Source: Minutocellus sp. GHC0000111 (lineage: Eukaryota). From it: 64,000 nt of DNA. Made by a program: the position numbers and the translations under genes. The stretch is from positions 3,348,001 through 3,412,000 of the forward strand of contig OZ361260.1 of assembly GCA_977018835.1 (NCBI GenBank). Direction: 5' to 3'. The first letter of the stretch is position 1. Every line of letters begins with the position of its first letter. The notes beneath the pieces are model-generated. The model was not told the DNA's origin. It worked only from the letters and a program-made list of their open reading frames with translations, and did no database searches. Positions 49,686 through 62,896 of this stretch are shown here, piece by piece.

Positions 49686-50345
49686 CTGAACGAACGAGAT
49701 GAACTGAACTACCGGTACGAGTTCATTCTGACTGATTGAGCGAGAGCGAGCTATATACATGTACACGTGCGGTAGCTGCTGCTGGCTCCTGCACCTACCG
49801 GTAGAGCTACTGTCTCCTTAAATTAGTTCATTTCCAACGAAATAGATGTACAAGCCACGATCGAAACTATTGGTCGTACTGTACTAAATACATGTAGATC
49901 TATACCGGTAATGGTGGCTTGGCACGCAGACTTTCTCTCTTCTTGCCCTTCGGCAGACCGGTGCAATGACTCGACTCGTTCGACTGTCACGATTGCGCGC
50001 GTCAGATCATGTCAGACGCAGGCGAAAGAGAACGAAGCCGAAGATCCGTTCCTTGGATACGCCTCGCTGGTCGCCATAATACACGAACGTTGACCAATAC
50101 CCCTCGTCAAGAGAAGGGGCAACAGCAATAACAACACAAATAACAGGTACTCAAGGCGCATTATCTGCCTCCCCCTCTTCTCCTCATCTCAGGTACATCT
50201 CAGGAGAATAGAGGAGGGTAGGAAGATTTCACAATTTATCAAATCAACACGTGCAAACAGATAAGAACCCGAAAGCTGGCGCATCCAACTCGGCCCAAAC
50301 AACATCCGCAAGCGACGAACCAAAGTCAAAGAACAAATTGTTATC

Positions 50346-52481
50346 ATGGCCGACTTTGCGAAGAAATCAGAAGTGACGATCGAAACGATGGTGAGTTCGC
50401 TTTTATTTATCGAGCGGCGACGGCCACAGCGCAACACACACAAAAATCATCACAAAATATATTTGTGCTTGTTTCGCTGGAATTGTTGCTTGCTGGTTGC
50501 ACCGAGGGATCAAAAGCGCCACAGGAGGTTTCCCCACTTACACAACCCATTTCATTCAGCGTACTTCGTTTCTCGCCTATTCTCACAACGCCGGCCGTTT
50601 CTCACCTCACTGATTAATTTCACACAGGGCAAGGTCCACAACCCGACCGGCGCAGGAGTTCGAGCCGTTTCCTCGGGCGTCCAAAGGAAGGCTGCCTCCG
50701 TCGCTGCTGCTGGTAAGAACGAAAACGGCAATGGTAATTCGTCTAATGGTAACAAGACGCCCCATCATCCCGTCTCACATTCACATGGTTCTCGTCCCGG
50801 TCCTCACCGTCACCACCACCACATTACAGATGACGAGTTGGCAACTCATGTGAAGGAGGGTACCGCCAAGCGCAACATCACAAGGAAGAAGACCGATCCT
50901 GCGGTTGGAGGCAATTACGACAGCAAGTCCAAGAAGATGGGTGGGGCAGGGTGAGTGCAAATGAAACGAATTGAAATTAAAGTACCACCTCAACAACACA
51001 AAGGTGACCGGATTTGTCAAAATGCAATCATCTTGCGTGCGTGCATGTATTTCACTAACCTTCTTCCCCATATTGCACTTACTTCCAATAAAATCATCAC
51101 ATCAAAACGCCAAATATAGCAAGGGGAAATGGGATCCCATGGACGGGGCTGATTCGGAACACCTCGAACTTGACAAGGACGATCCTCTATACGATGAGGA
51201 GGCGGCGGATAACAAGTACATTCTGACCACCGCGGAGGATGCCATCCCTGCCGATGGAGAAGATCCTACCCTCATGGATGGAATTACCGACCGCAAGGTC
51301 TATGGTCCCATGCTAACTCTTGCCGAGTTCAAGCTTCAGGTTGCAGAGGCCGTAAAGGAGTATTTCGATGCCTCCGATGCCGATGAGGTCCTTCGCGGTA
51401 TTAACGAGCTCAAGTGCCGCGAATTCCATCCTGAGGTATGTTCTATGTCGATTATCGCCATTGCTATTTTGCATTTTATGTACTGTATCATATTGTTTTA
51501 TAAAACGGTGGTCTAAGCTCTTCTGGATATTTCTCTCTTTCGATTTCGTGCCAGGTTGTCAAAAAGGCCATCAGTTTGAGCCTCGACAAGGGTCCTCGTG
51601 AACGGGAGATGATTAGCAAGCTCTTGACGCACCTTCATCCCACGCCATTGGCAGATTCTGACATGGAGGCTGGATTCGAGCTCCTGCTTGATTCTCTTGA
51701 CGATCTCTGCATTGATTGCCCCGATGCAAAATCGATGGTTGGGTCGTTTTTGGCGAGAGCTGTGGTTGATGAGGTCCTCCCTCCCGCCTTCCTCTCCAAC
51801 AGGAACAACTCGCATCCCGGCGATGAGGTCGTTGAGAAGGCCGTAGGTCTCCTGTCTCGAGAGCATTGCACGGCGCGGCTTGAGCACGTATGGGGCCCAG
51901 GAGATGGAAGGCCCGTCTCAGAGCTCAAGGATGTCATGGATCAGCTCCTCGAGGTACGTTCAGTTGTTACTAGTAAGGGGAAGAAAACGTTTTGTTTGTT
52001 TTTGTGGCCTACTCACTCTTATTTTTATGCTGCTCACGATAGATAAATCTCACATGACTTTGCATTCTTTCCACGTACCAAAACGATGCTAAACAATTCA
52101 CAAAATATGAAAATATCATACACAAAACCTAAGGAGTATCTGCTTTCCCGTGAGCTCGACGAAGCGGCACGTTGTGTGCGCGAGATGGGTTCGAGCCACT
52201 ATCACCACGAGCTGCTGAAGCGCGGTGTCAAGATTGCCATGGAGAAGGATGGAAAGGATCACAAGGACGATGCGGCTACTTCGGCTCTCGATGCCATGGC
52301 GGCTCTTTTCAGCTTCCTAGTGAAGAATTCAATTGTATCGGAGTACCAGGTTGCGAAGGGCATTTCGCGTTTGCACAAGCTCATCCCAGACATTAAGCTC
52401 GACGTCCCCGCCGCCGAGGCGATGCTGTCTGAGTTTGAAGAGATGGCAAAGGAAGGTGGCTGCTTGCCGGCTTCCACTTAA
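50346..52481 (+). CDS. PDCD4-like MA3-domain protein (multi-exon)
   Basis: 'KKMGGAG|KGKW', 'DKDDPLYD', 'KEYF', 'VVKKAI..SLD', 'FLARAVVDEVLPPAFL', 'WGPGDGRPV', 'LDVPAA'. Confidence 0.85.
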
Positions 52482-52797
52482 TGAGACGCATGGACCTTAG
52501 GTCTTTTGTTTTGTAGGGTGTGTTCGGAAAAGTAACAAAAAGGAAGGAATTCCTAGTAGTCAAGTCGACATGAATTGGAGCGGAATTGATGTGGATTGAT
52601 GTCTCTCGTCCGACCTTTGAGGTCAGACCTATGAACAGTGGATTGTACACTGATATTGGCCGCCCCTCCCAGGAAGTATGCGCAAATTTATTCAAAGAAA
52701 CAAGAATGTATTCAAAAATCCTTTACAATAGTAGTGAATTATATTTTGATCCTATCCAATCTACTGCCGGCATTAGAAGGGATTTCTGAAAACACTT

Positions 52798-55700
52798 CTA
52801 AATGTCCTCTTCGCCGAGATCAAGACTGTCCATGTCGAAATCGTCCATATTGAGGCCATCGAGATCGTCGGTGTCGACATCCTCAGGCTCGTCCTCTTCT
52901 TCCGGAGGGTCAACCTCATCTGCCAAAGTGACATCCGAAACATCGAGCATGGTCTTGAGAACGCGGGTCATGCGCTCGGAGTAGCCGGCACTGTCGGCGA
53001 TGGGGAAGCCACCATTCATCAAGGCCATGTCGTAAAGCATCATGGCAGCATCCTTGGTGTCATCTGTGACAATTTCGTCGTCCTCCTTCGGACAGGCATC
53101 GAGCAGCTTGTGCACAAAAGGATGGCGTGGGTTGATCTCTACAATTCTCATAGCTTGCATCATGTTATCGTTGGATCCGTGGGTAAAGGCCTGGGCTCGC
53201 ATGATACGCTCCATGTTGGCCGAGTGGCCGTACTCGGAGCTGGAGACAATTGCTGGGGCACGTCCAAGACGCTTGGAGATGGCAACACGCATAACATCTG
53301 GGCCATACAGCTTGTTCAGCCACTTGGTGAGAGGCTTGAACTGCTTCTGGTAGTGCTTCTCTCGGCGCTTGACGAGGTCTTCATCTTCGTCCTTGAATTT
53401 GATACCCTCCTTGGTAATTGCTGTAAGGCGCTTGCCGTCGACTGTGGAAGAGTAATGGAGGCATAATGAGTGATGAGGAAAGGCAATGCGTGTGAATTAG
53501 TTGCATATGCAAAATAGACAAAGAATGAGTCGAAAGGAATTCGTTTGGAAAAACAAAACAAAAACAAGGTCAACGATAACGTACAGTCTCGCAAGTTCTG
53601 GACCATGTACTCGTCAATGGGGTCAGTAAAGAAAAGTACCTCAACGTCCTTCTCGTTGAACTTATCCATGAAGTGTGATGACTCCATTTCCTCTTCGGAC
53701 TGTCCCGCAAAGTAGTAAATCTCATCTTGCCAGTCCTTCATTCGGCCAACGTACTGCTCAAGGCTTACAAAGTCATCCTCGCCATCGGTCTTGCTGGAAT
53801 GGTATCGAAGAAGCTTCGAAAGCTTGCCACGGTTGGCATCGTCCTCGATGACGCCCATCTTGAGGCTCGGGGCAAACTTCTTGTGCCACTGAATGTACTT
53901 GTTGGGTTCATCGTCCTCCTCGTCGTCGTCCTCAACTTCAATGACGTTGCCATCGGCGTCGATTTCGGCTTCCTTGGTTTCGCTCTCATCGTCCTCACCA
54001 CTCTTGCTCTTCTTCTCGCTGTCCAGGGCAAGCTTGCGGATCATTTCGACAACCTTTCGAACAAGCTTCTTCTTAATGATCTTGATAATCTTGGACTCCT
54101 GAAGCGTCTCTCTGTTCACGTTGAGGGGAAGGTCATCGGAATCGACGACCTGGGAAATGGATTGGAAAGGGAGACGAGACATGAATAAATAGTGGAATAG
54201 AAGCAAGTAAGTTAGATGTGATACACACGCTCGCAGAAGATGGTGCCATCCGACATGGCGCTTCATTTATTTCTCATTCTCCAACACTTCATTCATTTCA
54301 GTATAATACTTACACCACGGATGAAGGAAAGGTAACGGGGCATAAGCTCGAACTCATCAGAGATAAGAACCTTGCGAACATATAGCTTGAGGCCGCCGCG
54401 GTACTCGTCCATGTTGCCTTGAAGCAGCTGCGGAGGGATCTCGCTGGGGAGGTAAACAAGGGACTTGAAGTTGATGTTGCCCTCGGCATCGAAATGAGAC
54501 CAGGCGGTAGCATCCTCGTTGGCCTGTTTGTTCACAACCTTCCAGAAGCCCTGGTACTCGTCGTCGGTGATTTCTTCTTTTGGGCGTGTCCAAATCGCCT
54601 GTTCGGTGTTGAGCTCCTCCCAGCTGTAGGTGGTCACCTCCTTCTGCTTCTTGGGCTTCTCGGTCTCAGTCTCCTCGTCGGAAACTTCGATATCGTCGTC
54701 CTCATCATCGCCGGTCTTTTCCTCATCCGTTCCCTCATCACTGCTCTCCTCCTCCTCCTTCTTTTCCTCATCGGCGCCCTCCTCTTCCTCGTCATCTTCG
54801 ACATCGACCATCTCCTTGGATGTGGTTCTCAGGTGGAGAGGGTGCGTAACGAACTCGGAATAGTGCTTGGCAAGAGTGCGGAGCTTGTTGGGGCTGGCAT
54901 ATTCCTCGGCATCCTCCTTGAGGTGGAGCGTAATTTCGGTGCCACGGCCAAGAGTGTTACCGCGGGGGTCGTCGGCGATGTAAAAGGCATCATGACCATC
55001 GGTGGACTCCCACACGTGCTGGACGGCATCATCGGGATGCTTGGAGGCGACCGTCACACGATCGGCAACGAGGAAGGCGGAGTAGAAACCGACGCCAAAT
55101 TGACCGATTTGCGAAATGTCGGCCGTGCCATCGCCGAGGCCCTCCATGAACTTGGTCGTGCCCGACCGGGCCACGGTGCCGAGGTTCTTGGCAAGGTCCT
55201 CCTTGGTCATACCAATACCACTGTCGCGGATGGTAAGCGTCTTGTTGTCTTCATCGTACTCGATTCGAACCTCGAGTTCCTCCTTGTCCTCAAGAAGCTC
55301 GGGCTTGGTCACTGCAAGGAAGCGGACCTTGTCGAGGGCATCGGAAGCGTTGGAGATGAGCTGTTGTTGTTAAAGGACATGCGAGGAAGTAGAGGCAAAG
55401 TGGGAGGCGAAGCGTGAGATAAATGAGCAGTCGACGCAATCGCAATGTGCGGGATTGATTGAATCAGGACAAAAATTGGCCAGGCATATCCATGCGCTCA
55501 GGGCTGCAGGGCGCATACATACCTCACGAAGGAACACATCCTTGTTGGTGTAGAGGGAGTTAACCACAATGTCGAGCATGCGATCAACCTCCGCTTCGAA
55601 CTTGTAACTCTCGGCGCCTTCCGGGGGCTGGTAGGCAGCGGCGGTACCATCAGTGGCGGTAGAGGCGGCAGCATCTTCGGCATTGATGGCTGTTTATGAA

Positions 55701-55995
55701 TGCAAATGGAAGGGTCGGTGGAGAGTAGAGGGGTGGATGACATGTGAGAGGTGATTCATTTTCAACCCACAACCGCAAGCACCACCACAACAATAAATGA
55801 CGAAACAGGTTGCACAAAAATTTGAAGATCCAATCGGATTACCCTCCCAATGCTGTTCGCTACATCGCCTGTGTGGATGAGGAGAGCCAAACGCGCTGTC
55901 GACATAACACGCTCTACTGTCAACTTACCAGACAGAGCCGAGCAAAAAGCAAGGGCGGCAGCAGCGCCAACGGCCAAGCGGGAGTATCTGACCAT
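52798..55995 (-). CDS. HSP90B1: Endoplasmin / GRP94 (ER HSP90), multi-exon
   Basis: Signal peptide 'MVRYSRLAVGAAAALAFCSALS'; 'NSLYTNKDVFLRE', 'NLGTVARSGT', 'IGQFGVGFYS', 'VVDSDDLPLNVNRE', 'SANMERIM', 'EINPRHP'. Confidence 0.93.
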
Positions 55996-56381
55996 TGTTG
56001 GTTGTGAAATTGAAAAAATGAGCGAAATGAGGAGACAACATTGAGCCAATTTCTAAATTCTACAGCTGGAACATGCGATGCCCATGCGATGCCACGTGGC
56101 ACACCAAACTCAAGAATACATGTAGGAGTCACTAATCTTTTGGAAGCGGTCTGGTAGTCTACGTCTGGTCGTCGTCTTGATTACTATTGGTCCTCTCGCT
56201 CGCGCCCCCCCGCCAATGAGATCATCAAGAAGACGCCTAGCTAGACTAGTAGATAGGCCTAGCTAGCTAGCTAGTAGCTACGTAGCAAGTGCTCACAAAA
56301 CGTGAGATACCCGACGTATTTGCATATTGACCGCGACAAAGTTTCTCACAAAGAGCACACACAACAACCCAACTCGCAGCA

Positions 56382-59300
56382 ATGGGCGTCCCAAAATTCT
56401 TTCGATGGCTCAGCGAGCGCTATCCCAAAATCAATCAGCCCTTCACCTCCCCTCCTTCGCCCGAGACGGTGGCGGCTCACTTTCCCGATGACAGCGATCT
56501 GCCACCATCGGTCAAGAGCAGTCGAAGCATTGAGAGGGCGAAAGAGAGTACCAGTAGTGCCGGTGGTAGTGATGCAGATGGAAACGATGTCAGTGATGCC
56601 ACGGCATTCTCGTCGTCGGCTCCCAGGGCCAGCGATGCGGTGGAGGCCGATCTGGAGCACGAGCATCATCTCAAATGCAATCTCCGTCCCGAGTTTGATC
56701 GGCTCTACATTGACATGAATGGCATCATCCACTGTTGCTCCCACAACAACGCCACGGACGACGACCCGTCGATCGACCCAGAGATTCATCTCGACGCCGC
56801 CGAGCGATCAGCAGCGTCGCCTGCGACGCCGCCTCCTGGTAGTGTGTCCATCACTGAGGAGCAGATATTTCACAATGTCTGCTACTATCTGGATCGAATC
56901 GTAACGGACGTGGCTCAGCCCCAGGAGTTGGTGTATCTAGCCATCGACGGAGTGGCGCCGAGGGCCAAGATGAATCAGCAGCGATCCAGACGATACCGAT
57001 CTGGAAAGGAGAGGGAGATCGAGGCAACATTCTACGAGGCCCATCTAGCCTCGGCGGCGGAGAGCTCTGCTACGTCGACGGCTGCGGCATCGGAGATTGT
57101 CTTTCGCGGATTCGATGGAGATGGACACGAAGACGAAGAGGAGGCCAATGGTGGGTTTGCATATGCCGGTCGTACCGGTGCACATATGCCGGGCGTATCT
57201 GATGTGGCGGCGAAGGATGCCGAGGCTCTAGCAGCCAGTAGTCAACATGGACATGAAAACATCCGAGAGGTTACACCAGGACGATTTTCGGGTACCTTTC
57301 AAACCACTGAAGATGGGTTGCATACCGATGAGGAATTGGCACGCAAAGGCGATGGGGTAGATAGCACATTGTCTACAGCGGATGCTTCAGATGTTGATGT
57401 ACCAGCGGGAACGTCTTTCCACAGCAATACCATCACTCCTGGCACACCCTTTTTCGATCGATGCACTGCTCACATCAAGGACTTTGTTCGCCGAAAGCTT
57501 CGAGAGGATCCTCGATGGGCCAACTTGACCATCATATTTTCCGGCCCTGACGTACCCGGCGAAGGAGAACATAAGATCATGGACTTTATTCGGAGAGAAC
57601 GGGCCAGAGCAGACTACAATCCCAACACCCGTCACTGCCTCTTTGGCCAGGATGGAGATTTGATTATGTTGGGATTGGCAACGCATGAGCCCAATTTCTG
57701 CCTTTTGCGAGAGGAGGTTATATTTGAGGAAGGTCGTAAGGCCGCGGCACTTGCGAAGCATCGTCGATCGTCAACAAAAGCTGACGGGTCGAATGGAGGC
57801 AGCAACCTATCGGCAAGTTTGGATGCCTACATGCACAACGCAAACTTTGAACTTTTGCACATGTCGTTGCTTCGAGATTATCTTGCTTACGAGTTTGAGA
57901 CAAGTGACGTGGTGCCCTCTAGTCCCTTTGACATTGAAAGTACAATCGATGATTTTGTTTTCATGACATTCTTTGTCGGAAACGATTTTCTGCCCCACAT
58001 GCCGGCGTTGGACATTGGCGACGAGGCCTTTGACTTGTTATTCTACACCTACAAGCGCCACAGATACGGTTGGTTGGCGTCGGAGATGGAAAAGAACGAT
58101 TTGAAACAAGACCAGGCGACTCCCTACCCTTACCTTACTCGGGGGGGCAATATTGTTTCGGGATCGCGGCTGGAAGAGTTTCTCAGCGAAGTCGGATCGC
58201 ACGAGGACCCTTACTACAGCAACAAGAATCGGAAGAAAGAAAAGGAGCTGAAGAGAATCCGCAAATTCGACGAGAAGGCCGGACGAGAACCTTCCATTCC
58301 ATCGGACGAAGCTCTATGGAATCGAGAAGAAAAAGATAGGGAACGGTATATGGAAATGCTGCAAAGCATCGATGGCAACCTTGATGACGTCGACGAAGAT
58401 GGCGCTTTCTCTCCTGTCATTTCCTCTGGGCAGCTTCCCGCTTCCTCGCGAGAGGTAGAGGACAAGGACGGTGTCTTTCGTCCAGAGGAAAATGAGCTTC
58501 AGGTGGGATTCTTGGACAATATGAGCCGTCTTCTGAAGAACTCACTGTCTTCTCAAGGAATCGCTGAAGTTGGTGGAACTCCGGGTAATATGGCAAATGC
58601 ATCAGCTACCGTATCGTCGCAGAAGGAGGATGCATCGGTGTCCGCGGCGGCTCTTGAGGGCCAGCTCACCGATCTGAAGGGAAGATGTGAGTATTTGCAC
58701 ATATGCGATCGTATTCTTCTGAAAAGCGACGCATACCATCTTGTTCTACTCGAGATGTTTCATCAATACCAATTCTGACTTTTTCTATTACCACCCTCCT
58801 CCCTCCTGTTCCCCGTCTCTTTTGTGACTCGTTCTTCCTCCCTCATCAAATCAGACTACTACGACAAGTTTGGTTTCACACCGGTGGATGCCGAGAAACA
58901 TCGAGCATTGCGCAAGGCATACATCGAAGGCTTGGTGTGGAATCTTGAATACTACTACAAAGGATGTACCTCTTGGGAGTGGTATTATCCGTACCATTAT
59001 GGTCCCATGCTCAGTGATCTCGTTAACATCGACAGCTTCTTGGAAGACATTTCCTTTGAGGACAAGCTCGGCGAGCCTCTTCGTCCATACGAACAACTTT
59101 TGGGTTGTTTGCCGCCATCTTCATCCGATTTACTTCCAGAACCGTACCAATGGCTCATGACATCGCGGAAATCGCCCATTATTGACTTTTATCCCGAAAG
59201 TTTTACTGTGGACATGAACGGTATGTCGTCCTTATCTATCTAAAGCCACTGACATTTCCCCCTTTTTGCATCTGACTTATTTCGTCACCATCTTACATGC

Positions 59301-61540
59301 ATTCGCTCACAATCCCCCAATGTGTTCATCGATCTTCCCCGTATAAAAATGCAGGAAAGCGCTGGCCCTGGGAGGCGGTTGTCCTTCTTCCGTGGATTGA
59401 TTCCGAACGTCTTCTCGATGCATCGCGAAATTTGATCAGTGATGACATGCTGACCGAAGAAGAGCGCGAAAGGAATGAATTCGGAACTGCGTCCGTCTTC
59501 AAGGGAGAAGAAGAGACGGTCTTTGAGGAAGATGCGTGGACCGGAGCCTTGACAAAGGAACCCGTTTTCCGCCCAGAAATCCTGGACGGAACTGTGCATC
59601 CTTTGCCCGGTTTCCCAACATTGAAGGATGCACCCGTCCAAGGTTTGCTCCGCCGACGCGTGGGAGTGAATGTGTTTGGTATGCGAAGCCGCTACAGAAC
59701 GGCGATCCTTCAAATGGACAGTGATCTGCCCGAAGTTCCTCCTGCGTCAGTGCTTGGACCAAAGTTCGTCGGCACCACCATCTTCTTCCGTTATCCCCAT
59801 CTCCAGGAAGGCTTCGTTACTGCAGTGTCTGACGATAAAACCACAATTCGTGGCAATACCCCCCTTCGGCGATGGACCAAGGAGGAGGCCGATGCGTGGG
59901 AAACACGCAATGCGGCTTTGAACAAGAAGGCCATGACCGGAGAGGGGCTGACGGGAACAGGCGGGTGGCTGATACCACGATCATCCGTGACTTTGTGTGT
60001 CCGCCCACTGAAGGGCATCGAAACAATGGCGGACGGGAGCAAGGTGAAAGTCTACGCCAAGGCTGAAATCGAAATCCCTCTCTCAACGGCGCTATGGAAT
60101 CCTTCGCGAGTTGACTCGAGATACGCTTCTCTGCCGGCCCGTCTGGAGAAGAATCCATACAAGTATTTGTCGGTAGAGGATAAGGAACGTACTCAAATCC
60201 TCGGCAGGAAATCCAAGAGGAAGGGAAAAGGGCGAAAAAAATCTGTAAAAGTTCCAGCCCTCCCAAGCTTTTCCGGTGCCAAGGACGTGGCTCCACTTCG
60301 TGACGAAGATCTGCTGCCTCCTCTTCCCAGTGGGGCGAAGGATGCCGGCGGTCCATCTGTAAGTATTCTACCTCCACTCGAGCACACCAAGGATGGCGCT
60401 GCAGCTTTAGCATCGTCATCATCAACACGAGGCTACTCAACATTGGTTCGTAGTGGATCGGCAATGGTATCCAGGAAAGAACGACCGATAATCGGTGGAC
60501 TTTCACAGCATGGATTCACTTCCGCTTCTGCTACCAGACGTGGCTTTGCGACGTCAACTGAGGCGCATTCATTGAGAGGTACTGCCATCCGCAGTGCAAG
60601 TAGCATCCGTACAGGAGGTGGTGTCCGAGGAAAGGCTGCCATGGCACTTGCAATGGCAACTGCTGCTCTATTCCTTCCAGGTTCTCATGCTCGCGGCGGT
60701 GATCTCTTGCGCTCGCGCGTTTCAATCAATCCTGTTCGTCGACTCGCAGCATCAGGATTTCCTGTAGAAACAAATCCAAGACTTTTCGATGCAATCATGA
60801 TGAAGGGCGGCGGGACAATGCTGCAAGACGACGTGGGAGTCGATGATACTATGGATCCTCCTTCACCCACAACGCCACCGCTGGAACACGCGCACGGCAC
60901 AACCACTCTCTCGTTTAAATTCAAAGACGGAATCGTTGCTGCGGTGGATTCAAGGGCAAGCATAGGTAATTTCGTTGGCTCAAAGACAACTCAGAAGGTC
61001 CTACCAGTGAGCAAGCACATCCTCGGGACCATGGCTGGTGGCGCCGCCGATTGCAGTTTCTGGATACGCAAGCTTCGTAGTGAGGCCAGAAAGAACGAAT
61101 TGACGACGAATAGAGGCATATCGGTTGCTCGAGCCGCCAAAATTCTCTCTCAGGCGCTCTATGCCAATCGTGGGCTTGGTCTGTCAGTAGGAACAATGAT
61201 CATGGGTTATGATGCGCATGGTCCAAGCATCTACTACGTTGATAATTCCGGGACTTGCCTAAAAGGAGACGTCTTTTCTGTTGGCAGTGGGTCGACCTAC
61301 GCCCTTGGAATTCTGGACGCTGCGCCTGGATCCAAGTCAGAAATGTCGGAGGAGGAGGCTATTGCACTCGGGATCAAAGCAATCCGCCATGCAACATTTA
61401 GAGACGCCTATTCGGGCGGTTACATTGGAGTTTACGTTATCACGAAAGGAGGTTGGAGGAAGGTGTTCAGCGAAGACCTCGCTTTGAGCGGCGACAGCAC
61501 CGTCGAAGGAGGTTTGCAGCAGCGGCAGGGACAGGAATAA
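56382..61540 (+). CDS. XRN 5'-3' exoribonuclease fused in frame to proteasome beta5 subunit (~1,618 aa)
   Basis: Exons 56382-58686, 58855-59220, 59355-61540 (4857 nt, open). XRN motifs 'MGVPKFFRW', 'YIDMNGIIH', 'DGVAPRAKMNQQR', 'PGEGEHK', 'DGDLI', 'GNDFLP'. Beta5 from 60899: 'HG|TTTLSF...VDSRAS...QKV...TMAGGAADC...SVGSGS...RDAYSGG'. Confidence 0.85.
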
Positions 61541-61888
61541 CAAATAAATTGCAAAATGTAGATTGAGCTGGTGCTTTTAGAGATTCAATAGCCACTGCAT
61601 GCAAGGAAATGCATTGTAGACTTCAAGACCCCCAAAGCCCGACTCACCCTCCCCGAATAAATAATATAATCGAATACGTCGTAATTTGCAGATAATTTGA
61701 GAAGACTTCAAGACAGTTGAGCGGAGCGGAGCGGAGGAGGAGTGGAGCGGAGCAAGGAAAAACAAACCCGGAGGTCAATCCAGCTCCTCACCGCTCCATG
61801 CCCCTCCACTCCCCTCCATGGCCATTTTTGCGTATGGCACAGCGCCTCAAAACAAGCTACTAAGTAGAAGCACCACGCACAAACAAAC

Positions 61889-62896
61889 ATGTCGGCAGGC
61901 AGCGGATACGACCTCTCCTCCTCGACCTTCTCGCCGGACGGGCGCATTTTCCAGGTCGAGTACGCCTCCAAGGCCGTCGAGAACGGCGGCACGGCCCTCG
62001 GCCTCAAGTGCCGCGATGGCGTCGTCCTTGCGGTCGAGAAGCCCATCCCGAACAAGATGCTTCTCCCCACGAGTAACCGTAGAATCCACAGCGTCGATGA
62101 GGCCCATGGGGTGGCCGTCACCGGCTTTGTTGCCGACGCTAGGCAGATTGTGAATCGGGCCCGCGACGAGGCCATCGGATACGAGGAGACGTGAGTGTGT
62201 TGCTGCTGCCGGGTGTTGTGCCTCAGGCACATGTATGTATGCATGCATGTGTCGGTTATCGAAATGCACCGTGTACACGAACGTACCGGTGCCGACAATG
62301 CCCGCATTATTTGATAGAGTCTAGATTGTCTTTGCGTATCTGACCAACATGTGCCTCATTGTTTCTTTTTTAAACCCACCTGCTATCACATCAGGTACGG
62401 CACCAAAATCCCCCCGTCCGTCCTGTCCGATCGGCTGGCGGCATACGTGCATTACTTCACCCTGCACGGTGCCCTCCGACCCTTCGGTGCCACGGCCCTG
62501 GTGGCATCCTACGACGACGAGACCAAGGAACACGCCCTCCACATGATCGAGCCCTCTGGAATGTCCCACCGGTACTTCGCCTGCGCCGCCGGGAAGGGAC
62601 GGCAACCGGCCAAGACCGAGATGGAGAAGCTCACTCTCAACAACCGGGACGATCCCGCCCAAAACATCTCCGTCCGGGAGGGAGTCAAGCAGCTGGCCCG
62701 GATCGTTCATGCCCTTCACGACGAGGCCAAGGACAAGCCCTTCGAGTTGGAGATGTCCTGGCTCTGCGAGGAGTCCGGATGGAAGCACAAGGGCGTCCCC
62801 CGCGACGTCATCAAGGAGTCCGTCGAGTGGGCCAAGAAGGACATCGAGGAGGCCGAGGAGGAGGACGAGGACAGTGATGAGGAGATGGAGGGTTAA
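61889..62896 (+). CDS. PSMA3: 20S proteasome subunit alpha7
   Basis: 'GSGYDLSSSTFSPDGRIFQVEYA.KAVEN', intron 62191-62394, 'RPFG', 'GKGRQPAKTEMEKL', 'FELEMSW', acidic tail. Confidence 0.95.
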
